From Acidimicrobiia bacterium (lineage in GTDB: Bacteria; Actinomycetota; Acidimicrobiia; Spongiisociales; UBA11373): a stretch of DNA of 64,000 nt. The stretch is taken from positions 1-64,000 of the forward strand of contig JBBDMM010000004.1 in the NCBI GenBank assembly GCA_040878325.1. Direction: 5' to 3'. How positions within the stretch are numbered: position 1 is the stretch's first letter; every line of letters begins with the position of its first letter. Both the position numbers and the translations under genes were made by a program. Shown one piece after another: positions 27,787 to 36,659 of this stretch. Below the pieces are notes generated by a model. It had not been told where the DNA came from. It searched no databases and saw nothing but the letters and a program-made list of their open reading frames with translations.

Positions 27787-28476
27787 CTAGCCGCCGCGAC
27801 GCGATGGGAGCCGGTACAGGTGACCTCGCCGATCCCGCCCGACCGATTTGATGACCCCCGCTTCGCGCAAGCAATACGCGACCTCCTGGGCGAGATGTCG
27901 CGTGCGCTTCAGCCCGGTCGCCAGATCCCTTGTGGTGAACGGGTTCGGCATGTGATCCGGCAGCAGCGCCAGCAAGGCGCCCGGCGAGCCGAACTCGGTC
28001 GAGCCGAGTACGTCGACCAACCTTCGCTCCTCGATCACAAAACCCCCCTTGCGCCAGCCCTTCGTGGAGTCCGGCCGCCACATTTCCTCCTCCTCGGTCA
28101 GGAGGACCTCGAGCACGAAATTGGGATGGCTCAACAGTGTGGGGAACGACACAAGCTGAGCGCACACATCGGCGACGATTCCCCGCTTCGGGGAACGCCG
28201 GCGAGCCACCTCACCGCCCTCAGCATCCAGCTTCACGATCCATTTTACGGCCGCGATCGGGTGAACCAGACGCATCGAATGCCCGTCGAGCAATCGGTCG
28301 AACTTTCGCCTCATTGCCGCGAAGCCCCCGGTCTGGATCTCGATGAGGACCCCGGCTCGTACCAGGTCGACCACGAAGCCCTCGGTGGGGGCCTCGATCA
28401 GATCGCCCTCGCGTCGATACCAGTCCTTGAGGGCCGCGTGCAGCGGTTTCTCGTTGAGGGAGCCAATGGTCGTCAC
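27787..28476 (-). CDS. Hypothetical protein, PD-(D/E)XK nuclease-like with C-terminal HTH-like segment
   Basis: EKPLHAALK..E....FVVD......IEIQ; FTTRDLA..AQEVAYCL; leaderless TAACCT box. Confidence 0.65.
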   Translation of the reverse strand: MTTIGSLNEKPLHAALKDWYRREGDLIEAPTEGFVVDLVRAGVLIEIQTGGFAAMRRKFDRLLDGHSMRLVHPIAAVKWIVKLDAEGGEVARRRSPKRGIVADVCAQLVSFPTLLSHPNFVLEVLLTEEEEMWRPDSTKGWRKGGFVIEERRLVDVLGSTEFGSPGALLALLPDHMPNPFTTRDLATGLKRTRHLAQEVAYCLREAGVIKSVGRDRRGHLYRLPSRRGG

Positions 28477-28584
28477 CGGGCGAGGTTACGAGGGACCGCG
28501 GCCGCACCCTGGGATCGAATGCGTCAACGCGGTGCCGGCGGGTCGTGACGCGGTGGGTATCGTGGGCCCTACTGGAGGGTGTCC

Positions 28585-29007
28585 ATGTCTCAGCGGATCG
28601 TCCCGATGATCGCCTATGCAGACGGCCTCGCCGCCATCGACTTCCTGAAGGGGGCGTTCGGGTTTCAGGAGGACGAGAGCCAACGCTATGTGAATGACGA
28701 CGAGTCGCTCGGCCACGCCGAATTGGAACTCGGTGGCGACCGGGTGATGCTGGCGACCCCCAACCCCCACTACGAAGGCCCCAAGCGTCACGGCGAGCAC
28801 TGTGAGCCCGCCCGACGCTGGCTCGACAATCCGTGGGTGATCGACGGAGTGTTCGTCCAGGTCGACGACATCGACGCCCACTACGCACAGGCGCAGGAGG
28901 CCGGGGCGACAATCGTCCGCGCCCTCGCCGATTCCGGGTACGGGTTCCGGGTCTACACGGCTGAGGATCCTGAGGGCCACCGCTGGATGTTCGGTCAGCC
29001 CAGCTGA
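28585..29007 (+). CDS. VOC/glyoxalase family protein
   Basis: AIDFL..AFGF, HAEL, YGFRVYTAEDPEGHRW; GGAGG RBS. Confidence 0.9.
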   Translation: MSQRIVPMIAYADGLAAIDFLKGAFGFQEDESQRYVNDDESLGHAELELGGDRVMLATPNPHYEGPKRHGEHCEPARRWLDNPWVIDGVFVQVDDIDAHYAQAQEAGATIVRALADSGYGFRVYTAEDPEGHRWMFGQPS

Positions 29008-29037
29008 GAGCCCTCGGCGGATGACGATACTGACCTG

Positions 29038-29427
29038 ATGACTGAAAAGAACGTGCTCGGGGGCGCGCTCGAACCCTGCGGATTCGAGCCCTTGACCGGC
29101 TTCTACCGCGACGGCTCCTGCAACACCGGGCCTGAGGATCTGGGGAGCCATACGATCTGCGCGGTCGTCACCCACGACTTCCTCGAGCACCAGAAATCGA
29201 TCGGCAACGATCTCAGCACGCCGATGGCACGATTCCACTTCCCCGGCCTCAACCCCGGAGATCGCTGGTGTGTCACCGCCCGGAACTGGGCCAGGGCCCA
29301 CCAGGACGGGGTGGCGGCGCCGGTGGTACTGGCCGCCACCAACGAGGCGGTGCTCGAGATGATCCCTCTAGAGATCCTGAGCGAATACGCAGTCGACGTT
29401 CCTGAAGACCTGAGGGGGATGGAGTAG
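29038..29427 (+). CDS. DUF2237 domain protein
   Basis: NVLG..L..C...PLTGFYRDGSC..G.H.IC, GNDLSTP, PGDRWC. Confidence 0.9.
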   Translation: MTEKNVLGGALEPCGFEPLTGFYRDGSCNTGPEDLGSHTICAVVTHDFLEHQKSIGNDLSTPMARFHFPGLNPGDRWCVTARNWARAHQDGVAAPVVLAATNEAVLEMIPLEILSEYAVDVPEDLRGME

Positions 29428-29430
29428 AGA

Positions 29431-29484
29431 AGCCCCGGCTCCGGCTCCGGCCCCTGCCAGATAGGAGCCCAGCCACAGCCAGAT
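29431..29484 (+). repeat. Hexamer arrays (GGCTCC-like) ending GCCAGAT
   Basis: agcccc ggctcc ggctcc ggcccc tgccagat; agccac agccagat. Confidence 0.75.
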
Positions 29485-29541
29485 CGAAGAGCTTGAGTTG
29501 GATTCCGGAGCGGGTGAACTGCCGCCGGTACGCTGGTTGTC

Positions 29542-29715
29542 GTGCCCCTTCGTCTCGTCGCTCATCAGGGGGGTTGGGATGAGATTCTGTTGCTCGCCCT
29601 TCCTGCCGTTGCTGTGATCCTGTGGGTCCGTTGGGCGGAGCGGCGCGCCCGCACCCGCCGGGAACAGGAGCCACCCGCCCCGCCAACTAACATCGCCGCC
29701 GACGCCGACGACTGA
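29542..29715 (+). CDS. Small (57 aa) single-TM protein not in the ORF track
   Basis: MPLRLVAHQGGWDEILLLALPAVAVILWVRWAERRARTRREQEPPAPPTNIAADADD; TACGCT -10 box 7 nt before GTG; stop 8 nt before the next gene. Confidence 0.7.
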   Translation: MPLRLVAHQGGWDEILLLALPAVAVILWVRWAERRARTRREQEPPAPPTNIAADADD

Positions 29716-29723
29716 GGACCCAC

Positions 29724-30431
29724 GTGCCCCGTCGAACCTTGTTCGCCATCTTCATCGGATCGCTCGTCGGGGCGCTGCTCGGCGTGGGGGTGCTCGCACT
29801 CGCCGCTTCGCGAGTTCTCGATGGCGGCCTGGGAGCGGTCGTCGATGGCTCCGGCGGGGCTACTCCGGTGTTCCAGGTCACTCAGGGGGCGATGTACCTG
29901 CTGGTGGCCGTGGCCGGGGCGGTCGGTGGAACGGTTCTCGGGCTGATCGGCTACGCCGTAGGGCATGAGGCCGCCCCTGACGAGCCCCGGTTCAGCCCCC
30001 TCCCCTTGGCGTTGATCGGCGCCGGAGTAGGCGCCACGATCGGATTCGCCGCCACCCGGGCGGCGGTGGGTGCAGGTGGTTCCATCGCGTTCGGGATCGT
30101 CAGCTTGTCTCCCTTCCGGGCGGCCCTGGTCGCGCTGATCGCGGGAGGCATCACCGGCGGGATCGTCGGCGGGACGGTCGAACGAATCTCACGCACCGAG
30201 GCTCTCGGCATCGGCGGCGAGGCCTGGCCCCGTAGCCCCGCAGCCTTCATGAAGGACGCAGTGACCGCGATGGGCCTCCCGTCCCTGGGGATCGCGCTCG
30301 GCGCGGGCATCATCTACGGGCTGAGCAGGGTCCTCCTCGAATCGGAAGCCGAAGTGGCCCTGATCGTCTTCGGCGGTGTCGCCGCCCTGATTCTCCTCGG
30401 CGCCGTCATCGCCACCAGACCAAGCAAGTAG
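29724..30431 (+). CDS. Hypothetical multi-pass membrane protein
   Basis: About six Gly/Ala-rich hydrophobic segments; GAGG RBS. Confidence 0.7.
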   Translation: MPRRTLFAIFIGSLVGALLGVGVLALAASRVLDGGLGAVVDGSGGATPVFQVTQGAMYLLVAVAGAVGGTVLGLIGYAVGHEAAPDEPRFSPLPLALIGAGVGATIGFAATRAAVGAGGSIAFGIVSLSPFRAALVALIAGGITGGIVGGTVERISRTEALGIGGEAWPRSPAAFMKDAVTAMGLPSLGIALGAGIIYGLSRVLLESEAEVALIVFGGVAALILLGAVIATRPSK

Positions 30432-30558
30432 TCCCCAGTCCCCAGTCCCCAGTCCCCAGTCAGAATCCCCACACAGAATCCAGCGCGCCCACCGAGAGGG
30501 GTCGCGACGAGAACTACATCCGTTCTTGCTGGAGACTGGAGACTGGAGACTGGAGACT
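30430..30558. repeat. Inverted pair: (AGTCCCC)x4-AGTCAGA and minus-strand (AGTCTCC)x4-AGCAAGA
   Basis: 30430-30464 and 30524-30558, between convergent genes. Confidence 0.92.
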
Positions 30559-30567
30559 TGGTGGCTT

Positions 30568-30873
30568 TCACCCATCCTCGACCCGGGTCGCCACCCTCGC
30601 GTCCCCCTCGACGCGGTAGGTGACTCGCACGGGATCGCCAGTCTGAAGGTGCTCGAACAGGTGGCTGAGGGGGGTGCCGTCGTCGCCGAACACGTCGAGC
30701 CCGTCGGCGGGGACGAAGCGGAGGCGCTCTCCACCGGATTGGATCTCGAAGGATTCGACCCCCGTCAGATCACCGTCGACCGCGGTGAGCACCCCGGTCA
30801 CCCGACCCCCGTCGCCGGAACACGCCGTGAAAGGTGCCGTGACCAGAACCAGGATGAGGAGCCCGTTCCTCAT
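30568..30873 (-). CDS. Small hypothetical lipoprotein, last gene of the oxidase operon
   Basis: MRNGLLILVLVTAPFTAC lipobox; HLFEH; start overlaps the ctaG stop. Confidence 0.7.
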   Translation of the reverse strand: MRNGLLILVLVTAPFTACSGDGGRVTGVLTAVDGDLTGVESFEIQSGGERLRFVPADGLDVFGDDGTPLSHLFEHLQTGDPVRVTYRVEGDARVATRVEDG

Positions 30874-31700
30874 CGCGAGGACATCTCGATGCGCCTGGCG
30901 TCCGAGGCGCGTTCCTCCTCGAATGCCCATTTGAAGAAGATCACCGCAATCGCCGTCCACAGCACGATGCCCCCGCCGATCTTCATGATCAGACCGGCGA
31001 TCAGTTGATCGTCGAGCACCGAAAGGCCCCACAATCGCGGCAAGGTCTCGTAGACCGGGAACACCGGCTCGTCGGCGAAAGTGAGGAACGAGGCCGGGAT
31101 CGTCGGGATCAGCGACTGGAGGAACACGTATCCCATCGACATGAGAGGCGCCAGCTTGGGCAGATCGGGGATCGGCCCCAGCACGGGGAACCACATCATT
31201 GCGGCAGTCCCGAGGAGGGCGGCGTGGAGCAGAAAGTGGACGGGTTCGCTCGACAGCATCGCCTCGACAACCGCCGGGGAGTGCATGAAGGCGAGCACGC
31301 CGTTGAACGCAAGGAGCGCCACCATCGGCCGGGTGAGCACGCGCAGCACCGGCATCAGGGGCCGGAGCACGACCTGGAGCAGCCACGACGGCGTCCCCTT
31401 CAGCAGTGCGGGGGGAACGATCAACGCGAGCACCAGGTGCTCGACCATGTGGAACGAGTAGAGGCTGCCCTCGCCGATGTCGTGAATCGGCCAGGTCTCC
31501 ACCGCGGCGAACAACACGATGCCGGTGGTGAACCAGGCGATCTGGCGTCGGGTCACCGACGGTTCGCCCGGTGGCGCATGCCTCGCGGCGAGGCGGCACA
31601 AACCGTAGACGTAGCCGACGACGAGCCCGGCGATGACACCCAGCACGTCGTAGTGAACATGGAACGGGAAGGCGTCCAGCCCGACAGCCTGCGCGACCAT
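30870..31700 (-). CDS. ctaG: Cytochrome c oxidase assembly factor, caa3-type CtaG
   Basis: WPIHD....LYSFHMVEH, DDQLIAGLIMK. Confidence 0.85.
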   Translation of the reverse strand: MVAQAVGLDAFPFHVHYDVLGVIAGLVVGYVYGLCRLAARHAPPGEPSVTRRQIAWFTTGIVLFAAVETWPIHDIGEGSLYSFHMVEHLVLALIVPPALLKGTPSWLLQVVLRPLMPVLRVLTRPMVALLAFNGVLAFMHSPAVVEAMLSSEPVHFLLHAALLGTAAMMWFPVLGPIPDLPKLAPLMSMGYVFLQSLIPTIPASFLTFADEPVFPVYETLPRLWGLSVLDDQLIAGLIMKIGGGIVLWTAIAVIFFKWAFEEERASDARRIEMSSR

Positions 31701-31707
31701 CAGGTGA

Positions 31708-32004
31708 TCAACCGATGAGGACGCCGAAGGTGAACAGCACCACACCGAACAGAATCGGCGTTGCGATCACCCCCATCAGGAAGAGGTTGCGATAGATGGG
31801 CGCCTCGAACCGAAGGTGCATGAAGAAGGCGACGACGAGCCAGAACTTCGCCACCGCCATGGCGATCAGCAGCGGAGCGACGACGGCATCGAGCGCGTCG
31901 AGGTAGGTGACCGCCACCTCGGCTGCGGTGATCACCGCCAGCAGCACCGCGATCTTCCAATAGTCCCGAGGCCTGGGATGGGGGCGGTGGGTGCTCTCGC
32001 TCAT
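31708..32004 (-). CDS. Cytochrome c oxidase subunit IV family
   Basis: LAVITAAEV, KFWLVVAFFMHL. Confidence 0.85.
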   Translation of the reverse strand: MSESTHRPHPRPRDYWKIAVLLAVITAAEVAVTYLDALDAVVAPLLIAMAVAKFWLVVAFFMHLRFEAPIYRNLFLMGVIATPILFGVVLFTFGVLIG

Positions 32005-32006
32005 GG

Positions 32007-32609
32007 TCACACCTGCAGCAGGTAGACGACGGTGAAGATCACGATCCAGACGATGTCGACGAAGTGCCAGTAGAGCGCCACCAGCTCGACGTTCATCCCG
32101 CCGTCGGCGCGGAGCTTGCCGCCGAACGACATGAACGCCGTCGCCAGCAACAGGATCACCCCGACGGCCACGTGGGCCCCGTGGAAGCTCGTCATCACGA
32201 AGAACGCCGAACCGAACGGGCTGGTGGTGACGGTCAGGCCTTCGTGGACGAACTCGGTGAACTCGAAGACCTGGCCGGCGAGGAAGGTCATGCCGAGGAG
32301 GGCCGTCGCCAGCAGCCACACCCGCATGCGCCGCCAGTCCTTGCGCTCCGAGGCGTAGTGGGCCAGCACCATCGTCAGGGAGGACATCAGCAAGATGAAC
32401 GACGAAATCGAGGTGAACGGGATGTCGAAGATCTCGGCCGCCGTCGGCCCGTCGCCGGTGCGATTCCGATACAGAAGGAACGTGGAGATCAGGGTGCCGA
32501 AGAACAGACACTCCGAGCCAAGGAATGCCCACATCGCCACCTTGCGCACATGCGGGAGAGGTGGGTGGGCGCCATGCTCGGCCGGATCGGTATGGGTAAC
32601 GGCGCTCAT
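32007..32609 (-). CDS. ctaE: Cytochrome c oxidase subunit III
   Basis: MWAFLGSECLFF, FHGAHV, LYWHFVDIVW. Confidence 0.92.
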   Translation of the reverse strand: MSAVTHTDPAEHGAHPPLPHVRKVAMWAFLGSECLFFGTLISTFLLYRNRTGDGPTAAEIFDIPFTSISSFILLMSSLTMVLAHYASERKDWRRMRVWLLATALLGMTFLAGQVFEFTEFVHEGLTVTTSPFGSAFFVMTSFHGAHVAVGVILLLATAFMSFGGKLRADGGMNVELVALYWHFVDIVWIVIFTVVYLLQV

Positions 32610-34465
32610 TCGTGGGGCTCCCTGGTCAGCGGCTCCATCGCCCACCCGAACAGACCCCACATCGTCACCATGAGCCCAGCCGCCACCGCCACCAAGCCGA
32701 CGGGGAGGTACACGAAGCCCATCAGGGCGATGAACATCCCGAATCCGGTCAGCGCCGGGTAGTACGAAGGCGACGGCATGTGGATGTCCTCCTCGGCGGC
32801 GGTGGTCGTCGGAGCCGCTGCCACCGGTACCGCATTGCCCGCCTCGTCCTCGCGGTACTTGTCGTGCCAAAAGGAATCCTCAGAATGCACGGTGGGCACC
32901 GTGGCAAAGTTGTAGTGCGGCGGGGGCGACGGGATGGTCCACTCGAGGGTGCGCCCGTTCCAAGGGTCGTTCCCCGCCACCTCGCCGTGGTGACGGCTGC
33001 GCCACCAGTTCCACAGGAAGACAAGGATCGAGACGGCGATCAAGTACGACCCGACCGTGGCCACGAAGTTCCAGAACTCGAATCCCAGCCCCTCCGGGTA
33101 CCGATACGTCCGCCGGGGCATCCCCGCCAGCCCGAGGACGTGCATCGGGGCGAAAGTGAGGTTGAAGCCGATCAACATCGTCCAGAAATGGAGCTTGCCC
33201 CAGCCCTCGTGGAGCAATCGGCCGGTGATCTTGGGCCACCAGTAGTAGACGCCGGCAAACAAGCCGAAGATGGCGCCGCCGAAGAGCACGTAGTGGAAGT
33301 GGGCGACCACGTAGTAGGTGTCGTGCTGCTGGGTGTCGGCGGGGACTATCGAGTGGGTGACCCCGGAGAGGCCGCCGATGACGAACATGGCGATGAAGCC
33401 CAGCGAGAACAGCATCGGTGTCTTGAACCTGATCGAACCTCCCCAGAGCGTCCCTAGCCAGTTGAAGATCTTCACCCCGGTCGGCACCCCGATGAACATC
33501 GTCGTCAGCGCGAAAGCCGCCTCCGCCACCGGGCCGAGGCCGCTGGTGAACATGTGGTGCGCCCACACGCCGAAGCCCATGAAGCCGATGGCGATGCCCG
33601 AAAAGATCACGAAGGAGCGACCGAACAGGGGCTTACCCGAGAACACCGGCAGCACCTCGGAGACGATGCCCATCGCCGGAAGGATGAGCACGTAGACCTC
33701 CGGGTGGCCGAACAGCCAGAACAGGTGCTGCCACAGCACTGGATCGCCACCGCCCGCAGCCGAGAAGAACAGGGTGCCCAGGTTTCGGTCGAGGAATACC
33801 TGGAACAGGCCGACGGTGATGATCGGGAGCGAGAAGAGCAGCAAGAAGGCCACGACGAATGCCATCCAGGCGAATACCGGCATCCGCATCAGGGTCATCC
33901 CCGGAGCGCGCATGGTGAACACGGTGGTGATGAAGTTGATGGCTGACAGCACCGAGGCCAGGCCGAGTATCAGCAACCCCAGAGCCCAGTAGTCCATTCG
34001 GACCACCTCGGAGACCTGCGTGCTGAGCGGGGCATACCCGAACCACCCGCCATCCGGCGCTCCCCCAACGAAGAACGAGATGGTGAGGAACAGCCCCCCG
34101 AAGAAGAAGATCCAGTACGAGAGCGCATTGAGTCGGGGGAAGGCGACATCGCGCGCCCCGAGCAGCAGTGGGAGGAAGTAGTTGGTGAAGGCCGCCGCGG
34201 CCGGCATGACCACGAGGAACACCATCGTGGTGGCGTGCATCGTGAACATCTGGTTGTAGGCGTCCGCCGACAGCACGTCGCCGTTGGGGAGGGCCAACTG
34301 GGTGCGGATCAGGAGCGCCTCGACTCCACCAATCAGGAAGAACATGATTGCCGAGACGCCATAGAGGATGCCGATCTTCTTGTGATCGGTGGAGGTGATC
34401 CAACCCCACGCCCCGCCCCGATGGGCGGTGTGATCCGTCGAGGCCATCTGGGTCTCCTCGCTCAC
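32606..34465 (-). CDS. ctaD: Cytochrome c oxidase subunit I (A1 type)
   Basis: DHKKIG, FTMH, GHPEVY, VWAHHM, AHFHY, GMPRR. Confidence 0.96.
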   Translation of the reverse strand: MSEETQMASTDHTAHRGGAWGWITSTDHKKIGILYGVSAIMFFLIGGVEALLIRTQLALPNGDVLSADAYNQMFTMHATTMVFLVVMPAAAAFTNYFLPLLLGARDVAFPRLNALSYWIFFFGGLFLTISFFVGGAPDGGWFGYAPLSTQVSEVVRMDYWALGLLILGLASVLSAINFITTVFTMRAPGMTLMRMPVFAWMAFVVAFLLLFSLPIITVGLFQVFLDRNLGTLFFSAAGGGDPVLWQHLFWLFGHPEVYVLILPAMGIVSEVLPVFSGKPLFGRSFVIFSGIAIGFMGFGVWAHHMFTSGLGPVAEAAFALTTMFIGVPTGVKIFNWLGTLWGGSIRFKTPMLFSLGFIAMFVIGGLSGVTHSIVPADTQQHDTYYVVAHFHYVLFGGAIFGLFAGVYYWWPKITGRLLHEGWGKLHFWTMLIGFNLTFAPMHVLGLAGMPRRTYRYPEGLGFEFWNFVATVGSYLIAVSILVFLWNWWRSRHHGEVAGNDPWNGRTLEWTIPSPPPHYNFATVPTVHSEDSFWHDKYREDEAGNAVPVAAAPTTTAAEEDIHMPSPSYYPALTGFGMFIALMGFVYLPVGLVAVAAGLMVTMWGLFGWAMEPLTREPHE

Positions 34466-35547
34466 TTCAACGTCTCCAGGAGTGCGATCAGGCCGTCGAT
34501 CTGCTCCTCGGTGAGCCCGAAGTCGGGCATCCCCAGAATTCGACCGGCGGCCAGGTCGTTGCGGTCCGGGTCCATCGGCTTCATGCCCGGCGGGTTACGG
34601 AGCCACTCGCGCAGATGCTCCTCATTGTTGGCGAAGGTCGCACCGCCGAACGAGGTCCGCGACGCGAAATGGGTCAGGTTCGGCGCCAACTGCGAAGAGG
34701 CGCTGGTGCCATCGATGGCATGGCACGCGGAACAAATCACCTGGAACGTCTCCCAACCCTCGCCGGCGAGGCCCTCGGTAGGAATGACTGCCGGCTGGGC
34801 ATGAGCCGTCGCCCAAGCATGGAACTCCGCCTCTTCATGGGCGAACACCCGATGGCGCATGTCGGCATGGGCGAGGCCACAGAACTCGGCGCACTGGCCC
34901 AGATAGACCCCCGGCTCGTCCGCCTGCAGGGTGAGATGGGTGGTCCGCCCGGGGACCACGTCCCGCTTCCCGTTGAGCTGGGGCACCCAGAACGAGTGGA
35001 TCACATCCACCGAGGTCATCGACAGGTAGACCGGCCGATCGGTGGGGATGTGCATCTCGTTGGCCGTGCTGAATCCATATTCGGGATAGCGGAACTCCCA
35101 CCACCACTGATGACCGATGACCTCGACCATGAGAGCGTTCTCTTCCGGCAGCGGCTCCTCCCGCAGATCGAAGATCGTGGCGACCGTCGGCACCGCGATG
35201 ACGGCAAGGATCACGACCGGGATGATCGTCCACAGGATCTCCAGCTTCGTGTTGCCGTGAACCTGCCGGACCTGTCGGTCCGATCCTTCCCGGTGTCGGT
35301 AACGGACCAGGGCAACGAGCAGGGCGACCATCACGAGCACGAACACGACGACCGCGATCCAGAAGACCAGCCAGAACAGGTCGTCGATCTGCCGGGCCTG
35401 CGGGCCGGCGGGATTGAGCGAATTCTGGGGGAAGTCGCCTTCGACGATCGAGCCGAGATCGGTGGGGTCGTCGGAGGAGCACGCGCTGACCGCCATAGCC
35501 ACGATGGATCCAGCCAGCAGCGACAACCGGAGACGCGATCTCTCCAT
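34462..35547 (-). CDS. coxB: Cytochrome c oxidase subunit II with fused cytochrome c (caa3)
   Basis: Lipobox VSAC, HQWWW, DVIHSFW, CAEFCGLAHADM CuA site, CSACH heme c motif. Confidence 0.95.
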   Translation of the reverse strand: MERSRLRLSLLAGSIVAMAVSACSSDDPTDLGSIVEGDFPQNSLNPAGPQARQIDDLFWLVFWIAVVVFVLVMVALLVALVRYRHREGSDRQVRQVHGNTKLEILWTIIPVVILAVIAVPTVATIFDLREEPLPEENALMVEVIGHQWWWEFRYPEYGFSTANEMHIPTDRPVYLSMTSVDVIHSFWVPQLNGKRDVVPGRTTHLTLQADEPGVYLGQCAEFCGLAHADMRHRVFAHEEAEFHAWATAHAQPAVIPTEGLAGEGWETFQVICSACHAIDGTSASSQLAPNLTHFASRTSFGGATFANNEEHLREWLRNPPGMKPMDPDRNDLAAGRILGMPDFGLTEEQIDGLIALLETLK

Positions 35548-35620
35548 CACGCGGCTACCCGATTCATCGCCATCAAGGGGAGTCCCTCCGGTCCTCCGAC
35601 TGAGCGGCCGGAATGGTAAC

Positions 35621-35662
35621 CGGCTCCAGCCGCCAGTCTCCAGTCTCCAGTCCCCAGTCCGA
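35621..35662 (+). repeat. Heptamer array (AGYCNCC)x~5
   Basis: cggctcc agccgcc agtctcc agtctcc agtcccc agtccga. Confidence 0.85.
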
Positions 35663-35688
35663 ACGCTCGGCAAAACCACTTCGGGGGC

Positions 35689-36534
35689 TCAGGATCCGCT
35701 GAGGGCGGCGGCGATCTCTTCGGGCGCCACCACTCCCTCGAACCGTGCCACGACGATGCCCGCGGCGTCGACTACGAAGACCCAGGGCTCGGACGTCAGA
35801 CCCCACTCCAAGACCGCGGGCACCAGTTCGAGGTTCTGGGCGTCGTCGAGATTCGTGTAGATCTCCACATGGACGAAGTCCACGTCGGGGTGATCGGCGA
35901 CGATCTCCTTCACGAGGTCGAGAGTGGGGCCGCACACTGCTGTCTGGCAGAACTTCGGGGTGGCGAAGACGATGACCGTAGGACGCCCATTCGAGACCGC
36001 TTCGGCGATGCTCAGGGTGTAGAACCGCGGATCGGGCTCGGGATCGGTGCTGATCTCGGCGAGCGGGGCATCGTCGGCGGTCGGGGTGTCCGACTGCGGC
36101 GCCGCCTCCCCCACCGCCGGCACGGGGTGGTCGGCGTGGACGGTCACCGGAAACGTCTCGAGAGGCTCGGCACCATCGGGGGTCAGGCGGACGATCCAGG
36201 TGCCGGGCTGGTCGAACTCGAACGTCGCCCGATACAGGCCGCTCACTTCGGGGATCACCCAGGTGAAGGTACCGGCGACCGCCTGGGCCGAGGCTTCGTC
36301 GCCTTCGGGCCAGACGGAGATCGTGACTGGAATGGTCGGCGAAGGGAGCCTGGCACCGGCAACGTCGGCGACCGCCACCAGCAGCCTCTCCTCCCCCACC
36401 CCGAGGTTCTCTGATGCCGCAAAGGCGAAGGCCCCCTCCGGAAACGGTGAAGCCGCGGCAGGGGCGGTGGTCGAGACGGCGTCGTCCCCGCAGGCAACGA
36501 TGATCAAGAGGAGGGCAAGCACGATTCGGCGCAT
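35689..36534 (-). CDS. Lipoprotein with C-terminal thioredoxin-like fold (CxxxxC)
   Basis: IVAC lipobox; VIVFATPKFCQTAVCGP; EPWVFVVD. Confidence 0.75.
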   Translation of the reverse strand: MRRIVLALLLIIVACGDDAVSTTAPAAASPFPEGAFAFAASENLGVGEERLLVAVADVAGARLPSPTIPVTISVWPEGDEASAQAVAGTFTWVIPEVSGLYRATFEFDQPGTWIVRLTPDGAEPLETFPVTVHADHPVPAVGEAAPQSDTPTADDAPLAEISTDPEPDPRFYTLSIAEAVSNGRPTVIVFATPKFCQTAVCGPTLDLVKEIVADHPDVDFVHVEIYTNLDDAQNLELVPAVLEWGLTSEPWVFVVDAAGIVVARFEGVVAPEEIAAALSGS

Positions 36535-36600
36535 GGCCCGCGGAGAGTAACCCAGGGGCAGCGACAAGAGATTGCATGACAGCATTCACATCGAGCTTCT

Positions 36601-36641
36601 TGCCAACCGCCATTCGCCAATTGCCAGTTGCCAGTCCAAGA
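36601..36641 (+). repeat. Degenerate heptamer array (ANYYGCC)x4 ending CCAAGA
   Basis: aaccgcc attcgcc aattgcc agttgcc agtccaaga, just upstream of a GATACT -10 box. Confidence 0.75.
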
Positions 36642-36659
36642 CCCGCGATACTCGCGAGC

